A DNA stretch of 64,000 nt, from NCBI GenBank assembly GCA_040954595.2, contig CM082585.2:6287808-6351807 (forward strand), written 5' to 3'. The stretch's first letter is position 1; every line of letters begins with the position of its first letter. A model generated the notes under the pieces. It was not told the origin of the DNA and ran no database searches. It saw only the letters and a program-made list of their open reading frames with translations. Below are positions 48,314 to 60,483 of the stretch, one piece after another. This DNA is from Balanoglossus misakiensis. Its lineage: Eukaryota; Animalia; Hemichordata. Position numbers and translations under genes: made by a program.

Positions 48314-50688
48314 CCAACAGGAATTTCTTTGGATTCTGCACATAGCGTGATTTTTTGAAAATAGATTTAATTATTAATATGGTGAGACCAAGGATTCTTG
48401 ACTTTTATTTACAAAGATTGATGTCCTGTGACCAATTAGCATTTTTCTGTAGACATTTTGTAAGTAAACAATGCTAACAATTGCATTCATAGAGTAACTG
48501 TACATGCAGGCACTGCAGTTGTTGGTTGGGCCGAATAAATCTCCACGATCGAGTAGAATTGTGTGGTTTATTGTCTTTGATCCTCTGTTCATGTAAAATG
48601 TCCAGGGGGTTTCGTTTTAGGCTCTGTATGTCAAGCTGTTTGTGTGTGTGTGTGATTTGGGTATGCATAAATATCTATCAGGTTCAAAAAACCGTGCAGT
48701 GTGGTTTAACTATGAGTGTCATTTGGCAAATCTCTTTGTTTTGGATTTTGGCACTATACAAACTTTGTATATTGATTGATTTGGTCTCTATATCACAGTA
48801 TGTGGAAACAATCCCACAATTCAATATGATAGATACTTGCGCACAAGTACACAGCTAACCTTTGTACCATGTCCATGGTGACTTTTTTTACTGATCAACA
48901 TTATAGTGTTTTGATAAATTACCATTTCTGTTAGGGGTAGCTGTTTTGCAAACTGAATGTTGACGTCCATTTGACTTATTGTTTTTGTCATGTACAGTGC
49001 TTAGTGTACTTTCTTACCCTTTAAAAAATAAAATAACTGAACTAAACATGGCTCAGTTCTTGCTGAATCATCTTGCATTTGGCCAGACCACCCTCCAGTT
49101 ATAAAATGTCAACTATGATCAGAATCAAACACCAAAATCATGTGGTCATCTATAAAATTTTCAGAGCTTATCAAATATGTCTTCTTTTTATGTGTGAACT
49201 TTACATTTCCAACATTATATGATGATCAGTGATCCATTTTCTTTGGTACTATGTATGAAGTATACAAGGAAAGATGAAATTAAATAACACTTATTTCAAT
49301 GTGTCTGTTGCTTTTGGTCAAAGCACTCGACAGACAGCCAAGTTAATTATCATTTTTAAAACTCTTTCAAATGGCCATAATAAAATGTAAAAATATAGTG
49401 TGTGTTTTCAGAATAAAAACTAATTCTGTACCAAAAATCAACTGTCCAATCCTCGTATTTAGCAGATTGGGCCACCACAAAGTTTCAATGGATGTGCGCC
49501 TCCTATAATAGTAAGTGTATAGTCTTTTGTTTTTGCTAAGCGAGGCCGACAATGGAGATTGGTCAGTTGGATTGCAAATTGATTAAATACATGATTTAAA
49601 TTGATTAATTAATTAATTAAGTAATTGGTTATGAATGTGTGGTATAAAATGATTTGGGGACTTTGGTGTTTTTTTCTTTTATTAGTGGCACCAAAACGAA
49701 ATCAAATACGTGGAGACATATTCAGTCTGCTAATTCAGTAAAAAAATGAACTAAAAACTATTAATACCACCCGTTCTATCTTGTTTCTAGCTCAGGTGGT
49801 ATCAGGAAATGTAATAATCCTGTTTTATACTGCTCTCCTAATTAAGCGGGAAATATACTATGTGAATTCCAGTACAGGTGGGAAAACTTTTTATGGTCTG
49901 CTTTAATGCATGTGTATGCAATGATTAATGATGTAGGATCCATTGGCCATGAACCGCTGGTCATGAACCAATTTTCCATTGCATTTTTGGCGAAATTGCT
50001 GAAGATCAACAGCTCATGGTATTAACCAGCTTAATTATGCCTCTGAACTCTGAGCAGAGGAAGGGAACATTTGTATGGGGGGAGGGGGGCTGTTGTCTCT
50101 GTAGAGATCACTGTTCAGATAATATAACTCAAGAATCACTTCAAATTTTCATCGCACATCACTTATGGGTCAATACTTTTATCAGCTATTCGGCAGTTTC
50201 CCTTTTCATCTTCTGTAATACTGACATATAAATATCTATTGTTTCACAAAACAAGCACAGACACTTCAAAATCAAATTTTGTGCGATGACCATCATGTGC
50301 ATCATATCAACTGCTACTTTTAACTGTTTTAAATTGAGTTGTGCACTTAAAATTTTCTCCAGGAAGGGGAATTTGAAAGTCTTTTTTTGTTTGTTTCACC
50401 GGGCATCCCAAAATAAACTTTGTTAATGTGTCAAGTATTTTAAGAATGCCAGGGAATTTTTAACCTCATCCGTTCATTGATGTTATGCCCTGTTAATGCA
50501 ATAATACCACAGATGCTGGTCATTTTTTGGAAACTGGTCAATACGTTAACAACTTTTTAATAAGGCAGTATGTGGGAATTGTTTTGACCCAATTATAGAT
50601 GTGCCATCTGTCTTTGCGACTGTGAATGAAATATCCTTTAGGTCTTAAAGGACGATAAACTCTATCACTGGGATCACACGCACAGCTG

Positions 50689-50802
50689 CAGTCGTTGTCG
50701 TAGTTCTTGACTATCTGTTCTGAGAACTCTTAGTTTAAATTTCTCCAGTCGTTGTTGCAGTTCTTGACTATCTGTTCTGGTAACTCTTAGCATAAATTTC
50801 TC
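50689..50802. repeat. Tandem duplication, 2 x 57 bp
   Basis: CAGTCGTTGT.G.AGTTCTTGACTATCTGTTCTG..AACTCTTAG..TAAATTTCTC twice. Confidence 0.9.
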
Positions 50803-51154
50803 AGGGTCAAGTTAATTTTCCTGTGTTTTATATATAAATATTTGGTGTCGGTTATGTTTTTGTATGTAAATTATTGACATATACAAGTCAGTCCCTTTGT
50901 GTTCTCGAATTACACTGAGCCTACAACCAAACCACATGTACATTCAACCACTATACTATGCATGCATTAAATACCACAAAACTATCATTGTACCAATTAA
51001 CATTGTTAATCTATCTGTCAGTCCCTGTGAGCTATTTTAATTTGTGCATAATTCTTGTCATATCTATGGCCATGACTTTCATCTCAGTTGAAGGCCAGAA
51101 CTAAATTCATTTCACCACTAGAAAACTCAATCTGATCTCTATTTTTTTAATTAA

Positions 51155-51328
51155 AGGTATACGGTCACCTCCAATTTACATATCGCCAAATACAGTTGAA
51201 ATGGCGTATTTGAGTGTTCTAAAGAACGCTTTATTTTCGCGTGTGCCACCCACTGAAAATCTGTGATTGGTTAGATCTCGATTTACCATGGTAACTGTGG
51301 CTAAATTTGTATAGGTGACCGTATACCT
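51155..51328 (+). mobile_element. Family B MITE, complete termini
   Basis: TTAA TSD, same TIRs, small internal deletion. Confidence 0.88.
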
Positions 51329-51399
51329 TTAATCAGCTGACTTTTACATCTAGATTGTCTTTAGCTGTGGTACGCAGCTGTACCGTTGGGGGGGGGGGG

Positions 51400-52502
51400 G
51401 TTGCCTGGTAACAACCACCGTTGCCTTGACGTTGATATTTATGACCGTTCACGCTCACTGTCACGGTTCACGGATGGTAGCTCAATGCAAATGAACTCAG
51501 TTGTCACACAACTGTCGCCAAAATGAGTGATTTTGTCGGATGACCCGGGTGAGCACTTCGCCAAGAATGTTTCCGTGCAAATGATACCGGTATATTGACT
51601 ACAGCGATCCCGGATGGCGTTTCGACAGTGAGTGTCGCCCCATCCCGGCGGCCCGTGGAGCGAGACGGTGGTGAAATTCCACGTGTCGCCATGTCGGTCG
51701 ACACGGTTGACAAATTATAATAATTTGTGGGCCGTGGTTCAGTTTTACAGATGGGGTCAAACCCATAAAATTATCATCTGCACAAGCAACGGAAGTTTAC
51801 TTTAAGGTAGGCGAACTGTCACCACCGTAAGAACAACTTGAGGTGGGGGCTGTCCGCGCAGCTGTCCGGGAAGGTGTTTTACGATTGGCCAAATATTGAT
51901 AAAATAAACTGTATTCGAATACACTGTCCAATAGGAAGCGCCATCTCAAAGTTGTAACAATACTAAGCAGTTCACCGGGCTGTTCCATTTAATAAGTTAG
52001 CTCTATATTTGTTAGAAATTCTAAATTCGCAATCATATTTCGTTTCTTTATGAAATGAGAGTTTCAATCGTAACAAAATGTTATTCCTTGTAGTAAGACA
52101 TGAATAGTTTCGTGGGAAATAAACGATAAAACGTGTTTATGCAACGACATTCCAGCTGTTGGAAGAGCCAGTATTATCATTGGCTCGAAGGTATAATGAG
52201 ATTAGCATTACAGTGTTGGGAACGCGATCAAAGCCTCACCGCTAGGACTGTGTATGTAGCACTGTGTGAAGTCGATTTGTGGAAATTTTCGAGCGCTTTC
52301 TCATGTTTTTCGGCCACCGGAAACCCCGATCTTGGCACCCAGTGAAGGATTATTAACCGGTTCTTCGTGTAGTCAGCGATCTGAGCGTATAAAGCGCCCA
52401 TTTGAGGTTGTTGAGCGGTAGGTTGTGTATCTCGGGCGCCCCGATCCGAAGAAACGGCGTTGTGTATATTATATGTAGTGGATAGCGGACTTGGTGTCAG
52501 CA
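51400..52502 (+). promoter_or_regulatory. CpG-rich glypican promoter / 5' region
   Basis: Elevated CpG; TATAAA at 52388-52393; RBPJ/Su(H) site CGTGGGAA at 52111; TCF-type ATCAAAG at ~52227; CCAAT-type boxes ~51884 and ~51928. Confidence 0.55.
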
Positions 52503-52671
52503 ATGGCGAGCACTAGCACGTATTTGTGGACTTTTGGACTTCTAGCGTTTTTAACAAGCCTTGTTGATGATACTTTTGCTGGATCTAAAAAGATGGGATG
52601 CTTGGATGTTATAGTTGCATACGAAGCCATAGGATATAGTACAGAGTACTGCCCGAAAGAAGCGATCTCCG
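52503..52671 (+). CDS. GPC6: Glypican exon 1 MASTSTYLWTFGLLAFLTSLVDDTFAGSKKMGCLDVIVAYEAIGYSTEYCPKEAISG
   Basis: GCAATGG start, hydrophobic signal peptide, donor G|gtaagt phase 1. Confidence 0.9.
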
Positions 52672-55600
52672 GTAAGTAATGGGTTTTGTGAAATGAACAC
52701 AGCGATCGAACGAACGTACATGGTTATTGTACTGTTGTGTTGAGATTTTCTTCGCCGATGACACAGTCAGTCATCGCGATCGCGTAAAGCAAACATCGCA
52801 TCTTGCCCGATTTCAACACTGATCACTAGAGGACGTGGGCCTAAATGTCAGAGGAGTAAGCGTGACGTTTGATGATGGGGGAAGACGGGGGAGATCCGAT
52901 CTCTTCTTCAAGAGTCATGTCTGAGTGACCCACAGCACAATCGCAGCCCGGCACATTTCAGTTTCATTGCCACACTATTCTCATTGTGCTGTTGGTCACC
53001 GCAATAAAGCGGCGTCTTTAAGACGGACTTCAATAAAATTTTACGAAGTGCCCGGAAGACACGATGTGTTTTGTTTTCAGTATAACTGTAGATGTTATCT
53101 CAGATTTGTGTGTGGTTTCCCAAACAGTAGTCCAAGGGAATCCTCAAAAAATCTACTTTACCCCCAACCATGTCATACGCCCTTTCAGAAAATCAATGAC
53201 TGAGAAAAATGCTGTGGATTTAACTATTAGGTATTTTCAATTGGCATGGATTTCATATCTGAGGGGGAAAACTAAATGATGGTTTATAATAAAATAGAAA
53301 TCGCTGTCGTATAAACATAATTGAATGATGCAGAATATCACCAGGGAATTGAAATGGGTGCCAGTCTGACGATGGTTAACATGATGGATGTTGTTAAAAC
53401 TTTGGCTACACCTGGTTGACCTCTGGCCCCAGTTCAACTCTATCAATTTACAATCAATTAATCAGACAGGTTTGCTCAGGTGTTTTATGACAAATACTTT
53501 GATTACTAAGGCCGGGGTTTGATATTACAACCCACAGTTGTCCGTCCCTTCTATCCAGGGATCAAAAGTGCAGGTCAAGATTTATTAAGATGGAAAATTC
53601 AAAGATGGCAAAATTCGTCATTTTATTTTGTTGAGTTAGTTGAAAGCTATTATTTCAGTCCTTAGTTCTGTGCAACTGCAACATAAGACATTAAAAGTTA
53701 AATTTAATATCAGGAGGCAATGATCACATATGCATCAGGCGTTACCACCTCAAAATATTGCAAAATTTCAAAAGCGCATTTTGTGGCTGGTGTGTTAAAA
53801 ATAATTAAAACGATACCTTAAGAATTTGTGGCATTTATAATTCATCTTCTGCACATGCTGGACCTGAATTCTCCTAAGCTGAACACAAACAAGAGACTGG
53901 AATCCCATTGTCTGCCTCTATTGTATTGGAAGACACTTTCTCTAATTAGTGTCCAATTATCATGTTAATTAGCAGAGTTATTGTTCATACCCCAAGGTGT
54001 TGAGTGCTAGGAATTTCAGTTTTAATGTAATACTCAATAGGATGACAATGTGTGAAGACTTCCTGTGTAATTATTGATAGTGAAATTTTCATTGTTAAAA
54101 TGTGCCGAAAATGTGTCACCCTTTCTTACCCGCCCCCTCTATGAATCAGAGCAGACTACTTAAAAGCAGAAATAATAAAGATGGAATTCTGCATGGACAG
54201 AGTGACTCCAGGCAACCAATGAAAAGGCCTTGATGTTTTGTGTTGTCACCTCAAAAATGTGTCATTCACGGCCGACTTGGTCCCCACATATCCCCTCCAT
54301 CTCTTCATCCGGCATGGCATTACAATACAATGTACAGTAATACCCCCAAGGTACATCATGGTATAATCTGACCCGAATCTGCATCATCTGTTACCCAGGT
54401 TTCCATGGCAATCATAATAAATTAATATCCTCCCAGTGCAAATTATTAAATCAAAACTCAGTTTACTGAATATCTCCGGTCTTGTCAAAATGCGGTGAGT
54501 GTTTTTTTTTTTGTCTGTCCAGTGCAGGGTAACACAATCTACTGGTCAACACTGGAATGGGGGGTCTGATTAGCCGCAGTATAATCACCGTGGTGCTCAG
54601 CTGTTCACTCATTACACAATGCTTCATGAAACGAAATGTCATTCTAACCTGTGACAGGAATAAACCAGACCAGATTGATAAATCGTATTTAAATACCACT
54701 GACTATATATATATATGATTGATTTTCATAAATAACCGGGTAACGTGTATTCAAAAATGTATTCATTATTTTATTTGTTGTGATTGAGGGGTAATTGCCT
54801 ATACGGAACTGGTACCAGCATTTTTGTAGAAACATTTTTGCTTTGATTTGGCAGGCTAACAGAATGAAAGTAGAGAGAGTTGACATGAGACGTATTGTAG
54901 TCACGAAGGGAGGGGATGGGATTGGAGGGTTTTCCAATGCAACCATAGTTTCAGAACTTTTTCCCCCATAGCCATTTTTTTGCCTGCAGATTACTTTGTA
55001 CATTACCGACTGTGTGATTTTTGCAGTCAATTTGCAACAACCATATGGCACCTTTGTTCCAAAGCATAATAAAATGCAATTATCCACTTTTGACTTTCAG
55101 ACAATAAAAATTCCAGTGTAAATGGCTGATCCAGTCATCCCGAGACACATGCACCGCGCATACTGCAATGTGTATATGTAAAATGGGGATTTTTTCTGCC
55201 ATTGGTCCGTTAGTAAAAAGATGGAATTTTCTGTATTTTCGTTAAATTAAAAGATGCGTAACAACCACAATTCAGTTGATTGTAATGTATGTTCGATTTG
55301 TATTCATGGTTTGTCACTTTGTAGGTGAACTAGGGTCATTAGACTGACTCTGACACTCTAAGTTCTTGATGATAGAGATATCTGTACAGATAAAACCTGG
55401 ATTAAATATCATTCTCTATTAAATCCTAACCTTCAGGGCAAAGCACTCTTTGGTTAAAAACTCCTTGGGATTATTTTAAGACTAAAGTCAAAGAGTCTTT
55501 AGCGTGGAAAAAAGTCTTTTGATCTGAAGGTTCGGTTTGGTTTGATGTGAATTGTGATTAACCATGGGATTTGGATGGGGATTAGCGCAGGGATTAGAGT

Positions 55601-58600
55601 CCCATGGGTCGAGGTGGTTTTGGATTATAAATGAAATTCACATCGGTGTCTCAGTTTGGCCTTTTTCTGTGTGGCCAGTTAATCTGCCGGATAAATCTAG
55701 ACTTAGAGCCAGATTCAACATTTTTATTGAAATATCTGAATTATATTTCTTGCACTATGTACACTGAAAAAAATTACGGTGTAAATATTTCATACAAATA
55801 CAATCGGGAACTCAATGTGCACGAGTCGTAAATCTAGCCAAGAAGGGCTCAGGATGTGCCCAGTTTTGTGTGGTTTTCTCCAGATTCACTTTAGCACCTT
55901 TCTTCATTTATTTCTCAAACTATTTCACTCGAGGTAAATACCAGGTATAGAATCTTTAAACCACATATCGGGTCGGCATGTACACGCATACAAGCCCCTT
56001 TGAAACGTTCTTTGTAGATAGATTTGAAAAGGTCAAATCGGACAATTCTCTCCCGGCTGTACAAGAAGGTCCCAGTAGAATCAGAAAACCGACTTTCCAT
56101 CCGCAGCTCAACACTTTCATCCCGGCTGAACAGAACTTTTCAGGGCTTTGTCTTCGATCTTTCCTCTCCAGAACCTCACAACAAAAAGGCCTGCCTCTGT
56201 CAACAATCGGGGGTGCTCTTATTAAGTTTGAATTTGTCGGGGAAGGCGGAAGAATGCTGAAGGTCACACGTCATTGGGAGAGGGAAAAGGCTGGAGACTT
56301 TGGGTGGGCCTAAGCATGCCATGATTGCCATTGTTCCAACTTTGTTTGAGGCCGCCGCAACCTGAATTTGTGTTTGAAAAGGCTTGGAGTTCGAAAAGGA
56401 AGCCATACAATACCCTAGTCGAATTCGCTCTATTGTCAATATCAAGCCAAGACCGTGATGAACTTTGACCTCCATGGGTGCATAGGTATGTTTCAAGCGA
56501 TATCTAGAGAAAAAGTTTACTCAATACGACCCGAACAGGAAGATGTATCTGTGTGACGCCTCCATTTATGAAAATTCCAAAGTTTCATGATGACAGTCGG
56601 TAAAATAAATTGTATTTCAACCGGGCTCATAATTCCAGTGCCTGGCATACACTGTTTGCTTGGGAGACACAGTGTGTTTGTATAGCACAAACAACAAAAG
56701 GCTCGTAAAACAGGTGCCCACTCAATAAACTAATTATAGCGGGGTGGACTTGAGATATGGTGGTCAAGTTGGCGTGAAAGCGTGCTGCCTGGTTGAAGTT
56801 ATAGAACGGCGCAGCAAAAGAATAGTTTTGTACTACTCTGAAATTAGTCTAGAATCTATCCTGCCTTTTCTTGGCTCGGCCAGAGTTGAAGAAAAGATGG
56901 GATGGGTTCTTGGCTAATGATTCACGGAGGAAATCCATGTGTCAATCGTCAGGAGATGAAAGTTGAAAAATACGGTGTACTTACAGTAGGGAGGAGATTC
57001 TTGACTGAAAATAGGCACAGAAATGACATTAAAACGGGTTTATTGTTTGAATAGTAGCTGTAGTCACTAATAACATGTTTAGTGTGTGTTTATGATCAAA
57101 CAGTTCTTTTTCTCGCAAAACATGGTGGAATACCCAGTGTTTGGCTTGTCAACACAACTGGGAACCTGTATGTCTGCATGGATTTACGTCAGGACTTGAA
57201 AATGTAGTCAGTTGGCAATAACAAGGCAGTAGCAGTATATTGAGAAGTAACATTTCACAACATTCGAAAAGTACAAATGTCAAAATTAAAGCAACTTTGA
57301 ACCTACTTTAGACCAATCTCTATGACGTGCGATCAAATTCTGCTCCGTAGATTGTGAAAAACAGTGTGCCATGCCAGTATCGATGTTGAAATATTTATGT
57401 GTTTTGACGTTCTTTTTGTATTGTGCAGTGAAGTGTTATTGTTGCACTTAGACACAGCGCAATTTGCCATCGTGAGAATGTGCATCGAGAAAAGCGTTCT
57501 GATACGACTGCTCTGAGAATTCTTTGGATCTGTAATAAGATTACAAAATGTGGTTCTTGTTGTGTCTAGCAAACATGTAAAAAAGCATTCATAAATTTTA
57601 AGGTAGTGAACTCTCATATACCGGTAATCTTTGAAATCGCGACTGCCAGTGAGATTTCCAAATGAAGGATTCTATGCGCTGATTTCCTTTACTGAAATTT
57701 ATGTTTGATGAAACAAAATCAGATTTTCATTAGGGTTGTGTTTTATACGGCTTTAAATAGGAAATTGGAATTTTAACGAGGATTTTATACCATGCAACAA
57801 AAAAATTCCTTATGAAAGTATATATGGTATGTTTATATAAATTTGAACAATTTTTGGTATCACTGAGGCAACCATACTAAGTTAACATAAATGAAATGCT
57901 GATTGATTATCGTGCAAAAGTGTTGAGATACTGTCATAACACAGTCATTCTCTAAAATAGCAATTGAAAACAGCTTTTACAAAATGCTGGAATTTAGAGG
58001 AACCAACACATACCTCCATCACAGGGAAATACAAGGTACAGTATGAAAAAAAAGGTATTTTGTTCTGATACCAAAAGATAGGTTCTTCAGCTTTAGGAGT
58101 GATGTTAATAAAACATTAAATTTACCAATATCAATAATTTAGTCGTATGTTCCACATCAATTCTAGATTGATTTTCCTTAGAATTCAATGCTTACAATGA
58201 ATAGATAGGCAGTTTTATTGTTGATTACGAGACATTCGTATATTATTTATGTAATAATAAAGGATTTTGAGGAAATACAATAAGATCCTTATTGTTAGGA
58301 TGTATGAATGGTTTTATTCAGAGCAGTTGAATACCGATCAGTTTATGTCAAGTTATCGGAATATTGATAAAAATTTATCTATACAGGAAATTGCAATAGG
58401 ATTCCAGAGTTGTGATGGTATATAAAATGAGAGAAATATTGAATGTTGTATTTAGCTGATGAGATATAAGCTTGCTGTATTCATTTAGAATTATCCACAT
58501 TCAAGCAGTCTGTCTGGGCATGTTTCCACCATGTGTCAATCTTGTTCATGAATGTAAACTGGCAATATACATACAAAGGGTAACCCAAAATCTTACTAAA

Positions 58601-60483
58601 GAACTCAGACAAGAATAGTCTGGCGAAGTCCAACTTCAAAGATACAGCAGCTGGACATCGTGTTGGGTTTCGTTGGTGGCCGTTGAATTGTGAGCACTTC
58701 AAAGATTTTTATTCCCTTTCGCAACGTGAGGTGCCTTCAGCCAGTGTGATACCTAGCTAATGAAAGAACTTTTGCATAACAACACCGACAGAATGCTGCG
58801 TTTCAAGGCTAGCCAGTCGTGGTCTGCACTTGCCACTGGCTGTGACCACAGAAGCTTGTTTCTAAAAGTAAACTCGGAAACCATCAGCATTTTAGTAGAA
58901 TTTCGAGTGTGCGTTTAGTTGCGTAATGTTAAGTCGGTAACGATTCCATCTGTGAGACATAAAACTTAAGAATAATATCCAGAGCTCAGTTTATAATACA
59001 CAGTAAGGCTTGTTTTTTTATTTGAACTTTTGGCATCTTATCATCTCCATCATGAATTTAGACATGAGTTGTATAAGTTAGTGCTATGATGAATATTGTA
59101 TTGGCTGCCTTGCATCCTAAAGAATGTTACGAAGACTGAAAGAAAATTTGCAAAATCTGCAACTTGTGGAACAGTGAATCTTTCAAATCTTTACTCTGTT
59201 CAGGTGCAAGGAGTCTTTTTTAAAACCAAGAAGAAAACAGGGTTTTCACTATCTTGTTTTCATAAAATTCACTAATTTAATTTCTCTCCATAGAGTTAAC
59301 ACAGAGACTGGCGGCCATATTGAATTTCAAATTTGAGACAATTTTGCTGTTTCATTGAAAATTTGCACGGTGACGCCAAATTTTTATTCTCAATCGTAAG
59401 GGAGGATAATCTTGAGTTACCTTGATCAAAACTATGAGAGAAGAAAAAGGTTAAGACTTTGATTTTGGGGGCATATACAACCAAAAGTGATTCTACTAAC
59501 TGACAGCATAAGTCTAACATAGGCACCTTCTTTGCTGTTTGCCTGGCCAGGTTACTTCCTGTGACCTTCACTTACATTCAGCTAGTTCTACCTTGGTGAG
59601 TCATACTTCAGTAATGAACTGCATCCCATAAATCCTACTGTAGCTGCGGGTTTGCTGTTTCTTTACTCCACTGAGAAGCTGTGATTTCTATCAATATTAT
59701 CCAGTAATTAATATATAATGCGACAACTGGATTGTGTATGATTAGGTAGTAGTAAAAAGGAAGTTTAGTAACTGGATTGATGGATACGTACTTGACACAT
59801 ACTTTTTGTACAAAAAAATATCGTGATCCTGCATAAACACGGTAATTAAAGTGAAACAGTCACCATGGTGATATTACTCATTTCTGAACACTTAAATTTA
59901 TAGGCAGAGACTCACAGCAGTCCAGTTTTGCAGAATAGCTATAATTTGCCTGACATCATTTTTTTTACTACACAAGCTAGCTTCTTTTTCTCCCGGCCCT
60001 CTTGTCAGATGGAAGAGTGTTTTTGCTGAAATTTTGTAAAAGTATTCTGTTTAAAATTCCTTAAACATTAGTTATGTATACTAAATAAAGATAATTAAAA
60101 TAATATTTTTTTCTTTTCATTATATTATTATGGCTGTGGAAAGACCTAATTCTGTTTTATTACACTAAACAAGGGAGCGTGTCTTATGGAATGTATGATG
60201 TCATTTAACACAAGGTCTTACCAGAATCAAATTCCCAAATCTAATTTCATGTTTCAAGGTGAGTTATGATTATTGATGGAGCTAAAAAGTGAATTTATGT
60301 TGTTTATTGTCTGCTTCCTTGCAGGTGAACACCTCAAGATATGTCCCCAGGGATTCACGTGCTGCACGGCAGATATGGAGAATGAGTTGACCCAAGCCAG
60401 CAAAACACAGTTTGAAGATAGAATATACGAGACGAGTAAAATTTTGAGGGAAACGTTAAAGTCAAGGTGGCGGAAGTTTGACG
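52503..60483 (+). CDS. GPC6: Glypican of the GPC1/2/4/6 (dally-like) subfamily, first two coding exons; continues beyond the right edge
   Basis: Signal peptide plus first Cys in exon 1; exon 2 has the glypican signature GEHLKICPQGFTCCT.EME...KFD with phase-1 introns as in vertebrate GPC4/6. Confidence 0.93.
56843..56918 (+). ncRNA. Candidate pre-miRNA-like hairpin in glypican intron 1 (or decayed palindromic MITE)
   Basis: ~35-bp stem by manual pairing with 7 G-U pairs, 2 mismatches and 1 bulge on the sense strand; no known family recognised. Confidence 0.3.
60325..60483 (+). CDS. GPC6: Glypican exon 2 GEHLKICPQGFTCCTADMENELTQASKTQFEDRIYETSKILRETLKSRWRKFD
   Basis: cag|...|gtaagt, 159 nt, phase 1-1. 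Confidence 0.96.

Noticed and set aside
52869-52924. C/D-box snoRNA (TGATGA...CTGA) in glypican intron 1
   Set aside because: Short, no terminal stem, no recognisable guide.
55915-56496. Overlapping 60-111 aa ORFs as a nested gene or retroelement fragment
   Set aside because: No RT, transposase or other motif and no convincing splice sites; better explained as a GC-richer non-coding island.
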